Part shown: positions 26,992-42,302 of the stretch, piece after piece
How the letters are laid out: each line of letters begins with the position of its first letter
Position numbering within the stretch: position 1 is the stretch's first letter
Source of the DNA: Macrostomum hystrix
Lineage: Eukaryota > Animalia > Platyhelminthes
Direction: 5' to 3'
DNA length: 64,000 bases
Assembly: GCA_950097015.1 (NCBI GenBank)
Contig: CATNEN010000038.1
Coordinates: 18,724,001-18,788,000 of the forward strand
The notes under the pieces: generated by a model
Database searches by the model: none
The model's input: only the letters and a program-made list of their open reading frames with translations
Told to the model about the DNA's origin: nothing
Position numbers and translations under genes: made by a program

Positions 26992-29900
26992 CTATACAGA
27001 AAGATGTTGACCACCGCCAGATCTCATTGAGGAGGCGTTGGAGCAGCTGGACCCTGGCACCAGCTCGCAACTATCAAACTCTTCGTCGTCGTCTACTAGA
27101 AGCTCTTCGTCGTCATTGTCAATATCGTCAAATTCGTCTTCTTGCATTGGCATTCGACTGTTTGCGCGCGCGGCCACAGCAGCGGCTGCAGCGGCTGCGG
27201 CAGCGGCTGCAGCGGCAGCCGACACAGACGAAGCGCCGGTTGAAGTCTGACCCTGACCTCCGTGAGGACGCCGAGAGCTGGCATTGTCAGCAGCGTGTTT
27301 CTTCCGCCATTTGGTGCGTCGGTTTTGAAACCAGACCTGTAGAGTTTGGCACAAAGAATTGCAGAATTTTTAGTTCAAGCAGTGTTATAATAAATAATAA
27401 TAATAATATTTGCAGGAGGGCTGTGGGCAGTGACACTGGACCCGCAGCCAGCGAGACGGCAATTCTGCCCATGTCGCTGACTCCTCAGGCACACACGCAC
27501 ACAGATACTGAACGCAGGCACACAGGTGTGTACATCTGCCCTGACTTTCTCGTCGTCGGGCAGTGTAAACTTCACTGTGCCTTGGTGGTTGGCCCTCAAA
27601 GGTCTTGAATGTTATAATGTTATGTTGTCTTGAATGTCTTGAATGTTATAAGATCTGGTTCCAACGAGCCAACAAGGAACAAGTCACATTTTCGAGTTGA
27701 TTGTTTCATATAGCTTTTATGATGACACTGAATTCATTCTTTTTCATAAAACTATTCGCAAGCAACAAGGAGAACAAAACGCATCTTAAAGAGTTGAATC
27801 GAAGCCTTTAAAAGAATTCCGATTGGGATAAGAATACCACACTTTATGACCCGCACCACATGGTTGTTGAGGATTGGGTTTCAGGGAAATTCACTATTTA
27901 AATCAAATCTTCAAGTCGGGGCACCATGCAGAATCATTTTCGCGTTTAATTGTTTTTTTATGATCAGCGGAAATGGCTGGGGAATTGGAGTGCGCCATTA
28001 AATTATAACAAAAAATAATTGTGCCACATAATAAATATTACTTGGACGACAGAATTTGATATTCATGGGAGTTTAAATGAACAACTGATTGTAACCCAAG
28101 AGAATGCCGACCCTTGCTGTAACAAAAAATCCCTTCCTTCATCTGAATAATTCTCCCATTTCATTTCGAAGCCGTAAAGAAGGCTTGTAAATTGCAAGCA
28201 GCATGCGAACAGGTTGGCCGGTTCTGTGCTTTTCTGGTCCTTTCAAATAAACTTTAAGGGATAATTGAATCTGAGGAATCCCAATCTCAGATTATGATCT
28301 CGAATCTCAAAATATTATATCCTGCGATTCGAAAAAACACAGAATTAAAAATATCTCTGAATTTAGAATTTCAAAATCTCAGACCTTCAAAATCTCAGAC
28401 CTTCAAAATCTCAGACCTTCAAAATCACAGACGTTAAAAATCTCTGAATTTTAAAATCTCTGAATTTCAAAATCTCAGACCTTCAAAATCTCAGACCTTC
28501 AAAACCTCAGAATTTCAAAATCTCAGACCTTCAAAACCTCAGACTTTCAAAATCTCCAAAATTTAAAATTCTCCGAATATTGAGAAATATGAATTTCTCA
28601 ATTTCAGAATCTTCGAATAAAAAAACAGCATATTTGAGTATTCGAAACCAAGACTATAAAGCTCGTAGATAAAAAATCACTGAATTTCCTTAACAATGCT
28701 TTCAGTAATGAAATTTGCTAATTTCGAAAGCTTCGGAAATGAAAGCAATTAACTTCAAAAGCAGACACCACAGAATGTCATGCATAATGATGTATTTTAG
28801 TTAAGTTTTAATAGCCCTTCTCGCAAACGCTCAAAACTGTCCTGATATGCATTACAATATTTCCAGCTCAGTTTAATGGATGGATGGATTGGCAGTTGTT
28901 TAGTTCCCAACTGAGTTAGCTGTTTCTTTTTAATTGCCGCTTTTGCTAAAACATTGCTTTGAATGCTAATAATTATATAAGCTAGAGCTCAAATGGTGGA
29001 GTTTTGTCTGAAATTTGGTTCCCACGTAAGTTGTATTGCTTAATTACTCTCTGAGCCTACTCACACACTCACAAACACTTATTAAGCCAATGCTTTAGGC
29101 GTTTTTTAACTTCTACGGAGAGCAAGTTGTGTGAACCATAAAAACTGAATTAGCATTTAGCAGTTTTGTGTTTTTATTGTCTATCACTGTTTAAAAATAA
29201 GCGACGCCCTCACAAGCTGTTGTCATGAGGGATCGATTCTATTACTGAAAATATGATCTGCCCTCCAAGCAATGAGTGTGCAGTTTATTAAGTGCTACAG
29301 AGTGACGCCTTGTATTAGTTATTATAGCCCAGGCTAAATTGTGGTGGCCATTGATACCTGTTGAATTTTCAATTAATTGCTCTTTAATTGCAATTATTTA
29401 TTTCATTGGCTGTTGTCAGTCACGCGTGATCGATGTGATTAGGGTGGTTTGAAAGGGGTTCCCCAAGTTATCGTTTCTAAAAATAGAAACTAGCCGCCAG
29501 TCTACTAGGAATAGAATCAAAATCTCGAAAAATGAATCAAATTATCGTTGGATTATTATAAAAACTGGATCGATAAAAGTTGAAACAAAATATATGACAT
29601 TCGCACAGCGACTGTTTTGACAGCCAAAGCAACTGGAAAGCAAAACAAATCTGCGCTGGTGAATATCTGTGCTGGGATATGCTCCAAATAATCAAGGATA
29701 TTTCAAATTGTTGAATTCTCCCGGTTGTGCAAAATATCGCCCCTAAATTTTCGCCAGAAGCCGGTAGCTGTGACAGAAAGGCTAGAAATAGCGATTACAA
29801 TATGGATGCAGTTCACGACACGCTTAGTAGCAAATATATAGAAATATCCGAACTACATGCATACTGCATTGGTCGGGCTTAGGTGCCATGAAAAATCACG

Positions 29901-31994
29901 CCTTCTTGTCGGTGGCCGGTGGGGGGAACAGTTCTGGGACAGCTGTTTGGAACAGAACCCAATATAATGATGGAGACGGCAAATATCCATTCACTGCTGA
30001 TAGCTAACGCGTTACCATGCAGGCCTTTGGCTTAGCGGCACAGTAAGTCGCTTTCTTAGAAATTTAAAAATGCGTCTGAAGTCACAGCTTTTCTATACTG
30101 TTGTTTAGTCTTTAGAGCATGTCTCGCTCGTATGCATATGCATAAAATATATTGACAAGTAGGGGTTGGTGGCCTCTACTTCATATGTTTTTTGCTGATA
30201 TCCACCTAGACAGATAGATTTAGATATCTACACATCGAATCCGTCTATCCATCTAGCTACCCAATCCATCTATCCATCTAGCTATCCAATTCATCGATCC
30301 ATCTAGCTATCCAATTCATCGATCCATCGAGCTACCCAATCCATCTATCCATCTAGCCATCTAGCTACCCAATCCATTTATCAATCTAGCTACCCAATCC
30401 ATTTATCCATCTAGCTACCCAATCCATCTATCGATCTAGCTACCCAATCCATTTATCAATCTAGCTACCCAATCCATCTATCCATCTAGATACCCAATCC
30501 ATCTATCCATCTAGCTACCCAATCCATCTATCCATCTAGCTACCCAATCCATCTATCCATCTAGCTACCCAATCCATTTATCAATCTAGCTACCCAATCC
30601 ATCTATCCATCTAGCCACCCAATCCATCTATCCATCTAGCTACTTAAATCCATCTATCCATCTAGCTACCCAATCCATCTATCCATCTAGCTACCCAATC
30701 CATCTATCCATCTAGCTGCCCAATCCATCTATCCATCTAGCTGCCCAATCCATCTATCCATCTAGCTACCCAATCCATCTATCCATCTAGCTACCCAATC
30801 CATCTATCCATCTATCCATCTAGCCATCTAGCTGCCCAATCCATCTATCCATCTAGCTGCCCAATCCATCTATCCATCTAGCTGCCCAATCCATCTATCC
30901 ATCTAGCTACCCAATCCATCTATCCATCTAGCTACCCAATCCATCTATCCATCTATCCATCTAGCCATCTAGCTGCCCAATCCATCTATCCATCTAGCTG
31001 CCCAATCCATCTATCCATCTAGCTGCCCAATCCATCTATCCATCTAGCTGCCCAATCCATCTTTCCATCTAGCTACCCAATCCATCTATCCATCTAGCTA
31101 CCCAATCCATCTATCCATCTAGCTACCCAATCCATCTATCCATCTAGCTACCCAATCCATCTATCCATCTAGCTGCCCGAACCAATCCGTCTCGCATGCA
31201 GACTTACCTTAACTTGGCTCTCCGACATGCCAAGCAGGTAGGCCAATCGTGCTCTCTCGGGTCCGGCCAGGTATTTGTGCTGCTCAAAAGTCTTCTCCAG
31301 AGCAAAAATCTGCTGACCGCTGAATGTTGGTCTCGTGTGCTTCCGCTTTGCCGCGTCAGAAGCCGCCGCCGCCGCAGCCGCCGCTGCTGCTGCTGATGCC
31401 GCGGCCGCCATCGTCGAACCAACGCAAGCGTTGCCATCGCTACTCGTTGGCGACAGTGCGGAGCTCTTCTCAACCGCGACTGGACATGCAGCTTTCAATG
31501 TTGGAATGTAAGCTACATTTTCTTAATTGGCTTGGTAAATGGATACAACTTATTCCAGTGAAGTCAGAAATCGAACCCCTGACCTTCAACCCCGTTCTAT
31601 TCAATCCAAATTTATGTTCCATAGTTTAATTTTGCTTCATATGGCATTCAGAAATTTATAGAATCGCGAGAAAAATATCGACGGCATATCGTTAAATTAA
31701 GTATCAATTTTCAATGCTTCAAATTTTGTCAGAAATTTTCAAATGCTTCATTGCGGGACAAACACATGCATCTGTTTGTAAAGGCGTGACTTGGAATTCA
31801 ATAACTTCCGATGAAATATGTGATTTTCTCATTTCGTGTTAGAGTTTGTTAAGCTTTTGTGATGAGTCAGAAAATGAATAGAATAGATTCTCTTTAGAGT
31901 GCGTACTCATTCAAAAATTCAAGTTTTTTTAACTTTCAAACGCGTTAGGCCATTGCATGCATAGGTTCTCACCGAAAGCAGACTTCCAATGCAA

Positions 31995-32034
<40 letters not shown>

Positions 32035-32273
32035 TGCTGTTGAACGGTGAGCAGATGAGACCACCACTGCATTTGAGTTGCAGTCTGAGATGAGTCAATT
32101 GACGGTGTAGGTGTCATCCAGGGAGGCAGAAATTTCAACAGTTGAGAGTATTGTTGCTGAAAAAGTATCTGCTGCTGCTGCTGCTGATGCTGCTGATGTT
32201 CAAGCGTAGGTGAATTAGGTTGCCTGACGGGCCGCTTAGCAAGAATGTCGCTAATGCTGTGTGGAGTTGTCAT
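26992..32273 (-). CDS. Nkx6: NK6-class homeobox transcription factor, 3 exons, ~305 aa
   Basis: Exons 32273-31973, 31479(or 31491)-31208, 27336-26992. eh1-like [10 protein letters not shown]; homeodomain [47 protein letters not shown]|[14 protein letters not shown] is diagnostic of Nkx6; acidic C-terminus. Confidence 0.96.
28355..28560. repeat. 16-bp minisatellite CAAAATCTCAGACCTT
   Basis: Tandem copies in Nkx6 intron 2. Confidence 0.85.
30238..31176. repeat. 25-bp minisatellite TCTAGCTACCCAATCCATCTATCCA
   Basis: Tandem array ending ~30 bp from the Nkx6 exon-2 donor. Confidence 0.95.
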
Positions 32274-32681
32274 GCTGATTCTGCTGCTGATTGTAAGCTT
32301 CGAATTGTTGGGTATTGCTGTTTTCTAAAAACTTTCTTCAACAGGTTATTTCTACCAAGAAGTATCCCCGGTGTCTATTTTTTCTCTGGCTATTCTGCAA
32401 CAGCCGCGCAACCACCCCACAGACAGGCCTGGCCGACCAATGGCGAGCGAGGCGGTTGGCGAGTCCGGACAAAATCAAATCCTATTGGTTGAGCCGCATG
32501 TGACAGAGAAACTGGCTTGGTTGCATTGACGGAGGCTGTTTATAGAGAAATCGTCCTGCATTTCACGCAATAGATTAAGTCCAAGTTTTTGTTATTTTTA
32601 TATTCGTTTCTATTGCTAAATCTAAATTAAACACAATCAATGAAAATCATATTGAGTCATTCAATATTCAAGCGCTCTTTA

Positions 32682-33682
32682 CTTAATCCTTCAATACTAC
32701 ATCCTTAATCCTTTAGCACTCCTTTAATCCTTCAGCACTCCATCCTGAATCCTTCAGCACTCCATCCTGAATCCTTCAGCATTCCATCCTGAATCCTTCA
32801 GCATTCCATCCTTAATCCTTTGGCACTCCATCCTTAATCCCTTAGCGCTCCATCCTTAACCCCTTAGCACCCCATTCTTAACCCCTTAGCACTCCATCCT
32901 GAATCCTTTAGCACTCCATCCTTAAGCCTTTAGCACTCAATCCTGAATCCTTTAGCACTCCATCCTGAATCCTTCAGCACTCCATCCTTAATCCCTTAGC
33001 GCTCCATCCTTAACCCCTTAGCACCCCATTCTTAACCCCTTAGCACTCCATCCTGAATCCTTTAGCACTCATTCTTTTATTCTTTAGCACTCCATCCTGA
33101 ATCCTTTAGCACTCCATCCTGAATCCTTCAGCACTCCATCCTTAATCCCTTAGCGCTCCATCCTTAACCCCTTAGCACCCCATTCTTAACCCCTTAGCAC
33201 TCCATCCTGAATCCTTTAGCACTCCATCCTTAAGCCTTTAGCACTCAATCCTGAATCCTTTAGCACTCCATCCTGAATCCTTCAGCACTCCATCCTTAAT
33301 CCCTTAGCACTCCATCCTTAACCCCTTAGCACCCCATTCTTAACCCCTTAGCACTCCATCCTGAATCCTTTAGCACTCCATCCTTAAGCCTTTAGCACTC
33401 AATCCTTAATCATTTAGCATTCCATCCTTATTCCCTTTTAGCACTCGTTCCTTAATCCTTTAGCATTTCTTCCTTAATCCTTTAGCACTCATTATTTTAT
33501 TCTTTAGCACTCCATCCTTAATCCTTTAGCACTCCATCCTGAATCCTTTAGCACTCCATCCTGAATCCTTTAGCACTCCATCCTTAAGCCTTTAGCACTC
33601 AATCCTTAATCATTTAGCATTCCATCTTTAATCCCTTTTAGCACTCGTTCCTTAATCCTTTAGCATTTCTTCCTTAATCCTT
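32682..33682. repeat. 22-bp minisatellite ACTCCATCCTGAATCCTTTAGC with higher-order structure
   Basis: Tandem array just upstream of Nkx6. Confidence 0.95.
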
Positions 33683-34327
33683 TGGCTTTGTACTTAAATT
33701 CTTTACCAGGAACTATAGCCAAACGTTTCTACCATTCTTTAGATTAGGATTATTTTTACCTGAAGTTTTGAGTGGTCGCTCGCTGGCATATATCCTATTT
33801 CCAATGCCAATAAATATTCCATTCTTAGTCTCCATTAAGTAAGCAATAAATCATTGAAACCTGACACCCGACCCTACGCCCAGAAGCTAGCATGCGTCTT
33901 TAATAATTCGATTCAACAAAAAAGTGATTCAATTCGGATTGAATTAAAAGCTACCAATTTAAGAGTCAAATTAAATCAAGTTTTGTCAAAGCATGCGCCA
34001 ATGCACAACCACCTGTGTTCTTGTTGCTATGCATATCTGACCACACACTTGTCTGTCTATTTAAAATCAGATTAAATTATAAAAAAATTCCAAAATCCCC
34101 AAGGCCCCAACTTGGCTGTACTTGTCTTATTGTTTCCATGACAAAATTTATGCATATTTCCTGATGTCTGAAACTTAATACTTACACAATATAGAGTGAA
34201 ATTCTGGAAAGGGGAAAATGGAAAAATTAGAAATTCACAAACTATAAGGTTGCCAGAATTATTTAAACGTTTTAAAAATATATTCTTTTTGGGAGGGCTG
34301 AGGGCATACATCAACAGGCGCATTGAT

Positions 34328-34906
34328 AAGACACGGGAGAGATGAGACACGGGAGAGATGAGACACGGGAGAGATGAGACACGGGAGAGATGAGACACGG
34401 GAGAGATGAGACACGGGAGAGATGAGACACGGGAGAGATGAGACACAGGAGAGATGAGAAACGGGAGAGATGAGACACGGGAGAGATGAGACACGGGAGA
34501 GATGAGACACGGGAGAGATGAGACACGGGAGAGATGAGACACGGGAGAGATGAGACACGGGAGAGATGAGACACGGGAGAGATGAGACACGGGAGAGATG
34601 AGACACGGGAGAGATGAGACACGGGAGAGATGAGACACGGGAGAGATGAGACACGGGAGAGATGAGACACGGGAGAGATGAAACACGGGAGAGATGAGAC
34701 ACGGGAAAGAGATGAGACACGGGAGAGATGAGACACGGGAGAGAGATGAGACACGGGAGAGATGAGACACGGGAGAGAGATGAGACACGGGAGAGATGAG
34801 ACACGGGAGAGATGAGACACGGGAGAGATGAGACACGGGAGAGATGAGACACGGGAGAGATGAGACACGGGAGAGATGAGACACGGGAGAGATGAGACAC
34901 GGGAGA
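34328..34906 (+). repeat. 16-bp minisatellite GAGACACGGGAGAGAT, family A
   Basis: Highly homogeneous array. Confidence 0.95.
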
Positions 34907-35402
34907 TTTGGTTGATGGGGGACATAGCGGGGGAGAATTAATATCGGTCATACTCGAGATAGTGTCAGATTTGTCAGTTCAGTGACTTTTTTGGTTTTCT
35001 GAACTTGGCAGAACTTAAGTACCGGAAGTTAACACTTGCGCGACAAAAGTAAAATTTACGAATTGTTAACTGGTAGGTTAAAATTAGGCTATATTAACAA
35101 TATTTAGATTAAGAAACAGCATCTAAATGAGTTTTTCTTTAATTTTTGTGGCAAAAAACACTCGTAAATTGCTTAGCGACAAGAAATTTACCGGTGTGTC
35201 CATTTTTGTGTTATCGTTGCTTTATCATTGATTTCTTTATCAACTAATCTACTAAGCCCTAACCTTTGTTTGCCCTTATTTCCGTTCTATTGTTTATTGG
35301 TAAGTTCTTCAAGTCGTTCTCTAAAGGAAAATTCTTAGCATTGTTTAATTATTATATATCTAACTGAAAATTCGGTCAGTGAAGAATTGCTTGAAGGTCA
35401 GG

Positions 35403-36500
35403 CACATACAAACTGTTGTGTACACAGACACATACAAACTGTTGTGTACACAGACACATACAAACTGTTGTGTACACAGACACATACAAACTGTTGTGTA
35501 CACAGACACATACAAACTGTTGTGTACACAGACACATACAAACTGTTGTGTACACAGACACATACAAACTGTTGGAATGCGTACACAGACACATACAAAC
35601 TGTTGTGTACACAGACACATACAAACTGTTGTGTACACAGACACATACAAACTGTTGTGTACACAGACACATACAAACTGTTGTGTACACAGACACAAAC
35701 AAACTGTTGTGTAAAAAGACACATACAAACTGTTGTGTACACAGACACATACAAACTGTTGTGTACACAGACACATACAAACTGTTGGAATGCGTACACA
35801 GACACATACAAACTGTTGGAATGCGTACACAGACACATACAAACTGTTGGAATGTGTACACAGACACATACAAACTGTTGTGTACACAGACACATACAAA
35901 CTGTTGGAATGCGTACACAGACACATACAAACTGTTGGAATGCGTACACAGACACATACAAACTGTTGGAATGCGTACACAGACACATACGAATTGTTGG
36001 AATGCGTACACAGACACATACAAACTGTTGGAATGCGTACACAGACACATACAAACTGTTGTGTACACAGACACATACAAACTGTTGTGTACACAGACAC
36101 ATACAAACTGTTGGAATGCGTACACAGACACATACGAATTGTTGGAATGCGTACACAGACATATACAAACTGTTGGAATGCGTACACAGACACATACGAA
36201 TTGTTGGAATGCGTACACAGACACATACAAACTGTTGTGTACACAGACACATACAAACTGTTGGAATGCTTACACAGACACATACGAATTGTTGGAATGC
36301 GTACACAGACACATACAAATTGTTGGAATGCGTACACAGGCACATACAAACTGTTGGAATGCGTACACAGACACATACGAATTGTTGGAATGCGTACACA
36401 GACACATACAAACTGTTGGAATGCGTACACAGACACAAACAAACTGTTGGAATGCGTACACAGACACATACGAATTGTTGGAATGCGTACACAGACACAT
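35403..36500. repeat. 26/31-bp minisatellite ACACAGACACATACAAACTGTTG(TGT|GAATGCGT)
   Basis: Two unit variants with a positional gradient. Confidence 0.95.
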
Positions 36501-37246
36501 TACCCTGTGGTATTATCAATTGTTAAATATTTGTCATTCGCGGGTGTTTAATTTAAGCAAGAAATAAGTATTTGGCAGCAGTATTTACAAAGCCTCAACT
36601 TTTAATACTTTAGAAGCTGCACGGAGGTTCCCTTCGCAAAGAAAATTTCAGATAAACATTCACACCCTGACCTATGCAAGCAAATGCTTATCATGGACTT
36701 GATTCAATAGCATTAAAGAAACTGACTTTGCTGCTGCTTTTCTAGAAGTGAAACTGCGTCATTTTACGCGCGCGATAACAAATAGTTTGTAATATACCTG
36801 AATTCTATAATATAAAAAATGTTTACAACAGAAATTAGCAGAACAGATTACAATCATTTTAATCGCTGAAGAAAGAGACTTTGGAAATAGTAGATGCATT
36901 CAGCTGATTGGGCAGTGAGAATTTGCTTCTAGTGTATATACAATTAACCAATAGCGTCGGAACATGTTGAAGAAAATTTGATAATCGAAAAATCTTCGCT
37001 TACAATACCAACCTTTTCTATAGAAACGTAATAAGAATATTTTATTAAAATGTTTAGACACTTGTTTATTAGACCCACGCTACAAATTTCTGGTAGTTTT
37101 ACGCTAATCATATAAACTATGAAATTCAGTGAGACAAATTCTTGCAAAATAATCTACTTACTAACAACTAGAACGCTGATTCACAAAATAGGAACTTCCT
37201 CGAGTCTATTTTAAATTGCGACAGGCAACGTGCAATGTTGAGAGTA

Positions 37247-37892
37247 ATCCAGTCTCTTCATTCGAACCCAATCCAGTCTCTTCATTCCAATCCGGTCTCT
37301 TCATTCCAATCCAGTCTTTTCATTCCAATCCGGTCTCTTCATTCGAACCCAATCCAGTCTTTTCATTTCAATCCGGTCTCTTCATTCCAATCCAGTCTTT
37401 TCATTCCAATCCGGTCTCTTCATTCGAACCCAATCCAGTCTTTTCATTTCAATCCGGTCTCTTCATTCCAACCCAGTCTTTTCATTCCAATCCAGTCTCT
37501 TCATTCGAACCCGATACAGTCTTTTCATTTCAATCCAGTCTCTTCATTCCAATCCAGTCTCTTCATTCAAATCCAGTCTCTTCATTCCAATCCAGTCTCT
37601 TCATTCCAATCCAGTCTCTTCATTCCAATCCAGTCTCTTCATTCCAATCCAGTCTCTTCATTCCAATCCAGTCTCTTCATTCCAATCCAGTCTCTTCATT
37701 CCAATCCAGTCTCTTCATTCCAATCCAGTCTCTTCATTCCAATCCAGTCTCTTCATTTCAATCCAGTCTCTTCATTTCAATCCAGTCTCTTCATTCCAAT
37801 CCAGTCTCTTCATTCCAATCCAGCCTCTTCATTCCAATCCAGCCTCCTTATTCCAATCCAGCCTCCTTATTCCAATCCAGCCTCTTCATTCC
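37247..37892. repeat. 19-bp minisatellite AATCCAGTCTCTTCATTCC
   Basis: Tandem array. Confidence 0.95.
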
Positions 37893-38863
37893 ATGGCAAT
37901 GGCAAATCGTATGCGAGCTGCAAAGAAGCAGACAAAGCATGCAAGGCGATAGCTGGAGTCGACATTCCAATCAAGTTGTCCTTCGGTTAATTCCAAAATA
38001 TCTTCATAATGAAGGTCGCGCGATGCCAATTTAGTCAGTTGGGTTAACGCAGAAAATATTGTGGGATTATGGCTAATGAGGAAGTTGATGGCCTTTTCTA
38101 GCCATTAATTATTCGGAGCATAGCAAACTATTCACTGAGGTCGCGAATGGCTTTAGAGCTAACTGTGCCATTTAAGCCTTCAATCAGTGTTTCTCAGCGG
38201 CCCGTTTGAGTCTTTTGATAGAGTTTTTATCGCGAGTCACTGCTCCGCTATTCGATATCGATTCCTAATCTTTGCCAAGACTGGCCCCTGACCCCGCCGA
38301 CACCAACTGCTGAGAGAAGGGAGTCAGTTCCAGGATTTCTTATAAAAAGCTTCTCATCTCGCATAGAGATATCCAAGGCGAGACAGCGGATTCCCTATAT
38401 AATTAAACTGTCTCTATTTGAGTCTATCATAATTGGGTCACAATTGTGAATGGCAGAAATAATTTCTAGATTGGCTACCTTATTTGATCATTTGTTTAGT
38501 AAATTATGGAATAGAGTGAATGGATGATGGAATATTGGATGGAGTGAATGGATGATGGAATATTGGATAGAGTGAATGGATGAATGGATGAATGGATGAA
38601 TGTCAGTGAAGGGATCTGAAGGTCAGTGAAGGGATCTGAATGTCAGTGAACTAACCGCCCGCTGTTCCTTCAGGCTGATCTCACAGTGATTAAAAACGCC
38701 ACTTCTCTCACCGCCGCAGGTGAAACTCATCATCGACATGGACAACGGTGTGTTCGGCGGCGCCAATGACCCAACCTGCGGCAGCTTAGCGACATCAACG
38801 GGATCCGGTTCCATGCCATGACCAGCGTTGAACGCCCGGCCGCCAGCTGCAGTAGCAGCAGGA

Positions 38864-39047
38864 AGACATTGCAAACTGTGTAACATGTTAGACATTGCAA
38901 ACTGTGTAACATGTTAGACATTGCAAACTGTGTAACATGTTAGACATTGCAAACTGTGTAACATGTTAGACATTGCAAACTGTGTAACATGTTAGATATG
39001 GCAAACTGTGTAACATGTTAGACATTGCAAACTGTGTAACATGTTAG
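38864..39047. repeat. 26-bp minisatellite AGACATTGCAAACTGTGTAACATGTT
   Basis: About 7 tandem copies. Confidence 0.9.
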
Positions 39048-39412
39048 AAATGCGCACACTGAGGAACATGTTGTCAAATCAATGTCTTGATGTCTGCTGA
39101 TGACCCCGCCACAGCATTGTGTCATTGTGTGCTTTGCCTTTAAGCATGCTGTTTCGCTTTTACTGAGTCGCTTGAAACTAGAAAAAGCGTGAGTCGGTAT
39201 TGATTCCCTTTTTATATAGGAATTCGCAAGCTCATTTCTCATCTCCCCAACTTATTTGGGGGAGGGGAGAATTTAGCGTCATTATTCATAAATTATTTGT
39301 CCCTGGGGCAAATAAATTTGATTGGCTTTGATTCTGTGGAAAGTTGAAGGATGAACACTTAAGAACCAATTTTGCATCATGCACTATAGATTTTAACTAG
39401 GTAATAAGGAAA

Positions 39413-39988
<576 letters not shown>

Positions 39989-41035
39989 TGTATCCGTGCG
40001 TGTGTGCTCAGCAGAAATTTGGGAATTGATTTTGGCAATGACCAGTAAGTCTTCAACTTTCAGAATTCGTATAACAAATCGATCGCCCGCCCCCCCATTG
40101 AAAAAGAGAAAAGTAGGAAAAAAGCAATTAAAAGACCAGCCGGGGTCTCATCATAAACTGCAGCAAAGGGTCACACCGCCTTATCCACAAGGCGTGAGTT
40201 AATAAGACTCATTTAATAGCCTTCGTAAGTGTGAAAGTATGCTATATAGATTGTAAATGCAAAAACATAAGCAGAGTTACTTTAGCCAACAATATCCAAC
40301 GCGGGAGATAGCAAACTCGATAGCAAATAAAAACAGCGAAAACTCTCAATAGGAGAGTCAGTAAATTCTATTTTCAGTGGCGGCAAAAACTGCCTTCAAA
40401 CCAGCTTGTGCCATAAAATCTACCGGACCAGAGGGGGCCGCTAAAAACTTAAATTGAAAGCGGCAGATAATTAAAAAAGGAAAGCAATTATGCACACTTC
40501 CCATTCTGTTTGATTGCTCTGCCAAAGTCACTATCCGATTGAAACAATACTTCCCTTAACCAAAATGAATAATCCCAGATGGTATTCGTATAACAGCTGT
40601 TGCTAACACTATTCCTTCGGTGTGGGGTCATTGTGATATAGACAGCTGTGTGTGTGTGTATTCGATACTCCATCTTTTTTTTCTATTTATGCCTGAAATC
40701 TTGGAGAAACATTTCATTTTGACATTTTCTTTGACTTGCTTTTTTGGCGGTCGCTGCAAAAATTTGTTTATGATTTGACCCCAAATAAACTGACATTTGG
40801 TTCAAATATTAAATAAAATATTCAAATTTTCATTTGCAGAACTTTTCTGGTACTAATTAAGCTGAATATTTGTTTCGTTAGATTGATGCAGCAAAATCTT
40901 AACTGACTACTGAGTGAGATTGAAATGTCAGTAGTATAGTTTGCACTAGAATTGGTCAGGGACCATGGGTTATTGGTCAAGTAGTCATCTGCCACTTGGA
41001 ATTTATTTCGGTTGTCTATTCGGTATTTCAAGGAT

Positions 41036-41400
41036 TGATCATGGATGATTTGGTCATGGATGATTTGGTCATGGATGATTTGGTCATGGATGATTTGGTC
41101 ATGGATGATTTGGTCATGGATGATTTGGTCATTGATGATTTGGTCATGGATGATTTGGTCATGGATGATTTGGTCATGGATGATTTGATCATGGATGATT
41201 TGGTCGTGGATTATTTGGTCATGGATGATTTGGTCATGGATGATTTGGTCATGGATGATTTGGTCACGGATGATTTGGTCATGGATGATTTGGTCATGGA
41301 TGATTTGGTCATTGATGATTTGGTCATTGATGATTTGGTCATGGATGATTTGGTCATGGATGATTTGGTCATGGATGATTTGGTCATGGATGATTTGGTC
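41036..41400. repeat. 15-bp minisatellite ATGGATGATTTGGTC
   Basis: Tandem array. Confidence 0.95.
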
Positions 41401-42302
41401 TCACGGTCTACTTTTTCATTCGGTCGTTTGTCATTTGGTGCATGTTAATTTCTTCCTGAAATAAATTAGTGATTTGGGATTATTAATTTTTTTCATGTAT
41501 ATTTTTTCGTCACTTGTCATATGATCATTCGCACATTGGTCATTTATCATTTCTCTTTTTTATTCATTCGTTAGTTAATCACTTCTAATTCTTTATCTGG
41601 TCGTTTACTAATTTGTCCATTGGGTCATTTGGTCATTAGTCAATTATTCATCGGTCATTTCTCATAATCAAAGCACAAGAAAGGGTCCAGAGTCAAGTAA
41701 TTTTTCCCAGTCAAGATTTCCTGACTTTGCGTGACTCAACAATTCGTTTGGCTTTCGGCCCTGACAAGAATCAGGGTGGAATCATTTTAGAGTGTCACGA
41801 AGGCCGGCAATGAAGGGACATTCCACTCAAAACCAAGATTAAGACAAAGTCGCAGGCGAGAGAGCAGTTCAGAAAATATTCTTAGAATGCAGAGTAGAAT
41901 TCATGAGCAACCAACTAGCTTAGTTTAGTGCAGCATGCACGCACATTGAGACGAGGAGGTTGGAGGTGCGGGGAAAGAGGAACTAGATCGACCCCCTAGG
42001 GGATAAATCTTTTCAGACTTTTCCTTCTCCCATTCCCAAAGAAGAGTAACGGGACTAGGGCTGCTAGGGGGTATAGCGAGAGACAAGATTTCTTCTTTCT
42101 CGAAGAGCCGTTGGGGGGTAGGTAAGGTAAGGAGGGTGAATTGCAAAGACACAGCAGACGCAGAGAGGCCGAGAGGGACTAGGAAGAAAAAAATCAAGGC
42201 CCATATAGACCATAAGGAAATGAACTGGAGCCGAGGAGGCATAATATAGATCGCAATGAATCTCTCAGAGAGCCTCGCCTTCTGAGCACAGGCTGCCGTG
42301 TC

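Noticed and set aside
34072-38034. Long Cys/His-rich ORFs
   Set aside because: Minisatellite translations open in multiple frames on both strands.
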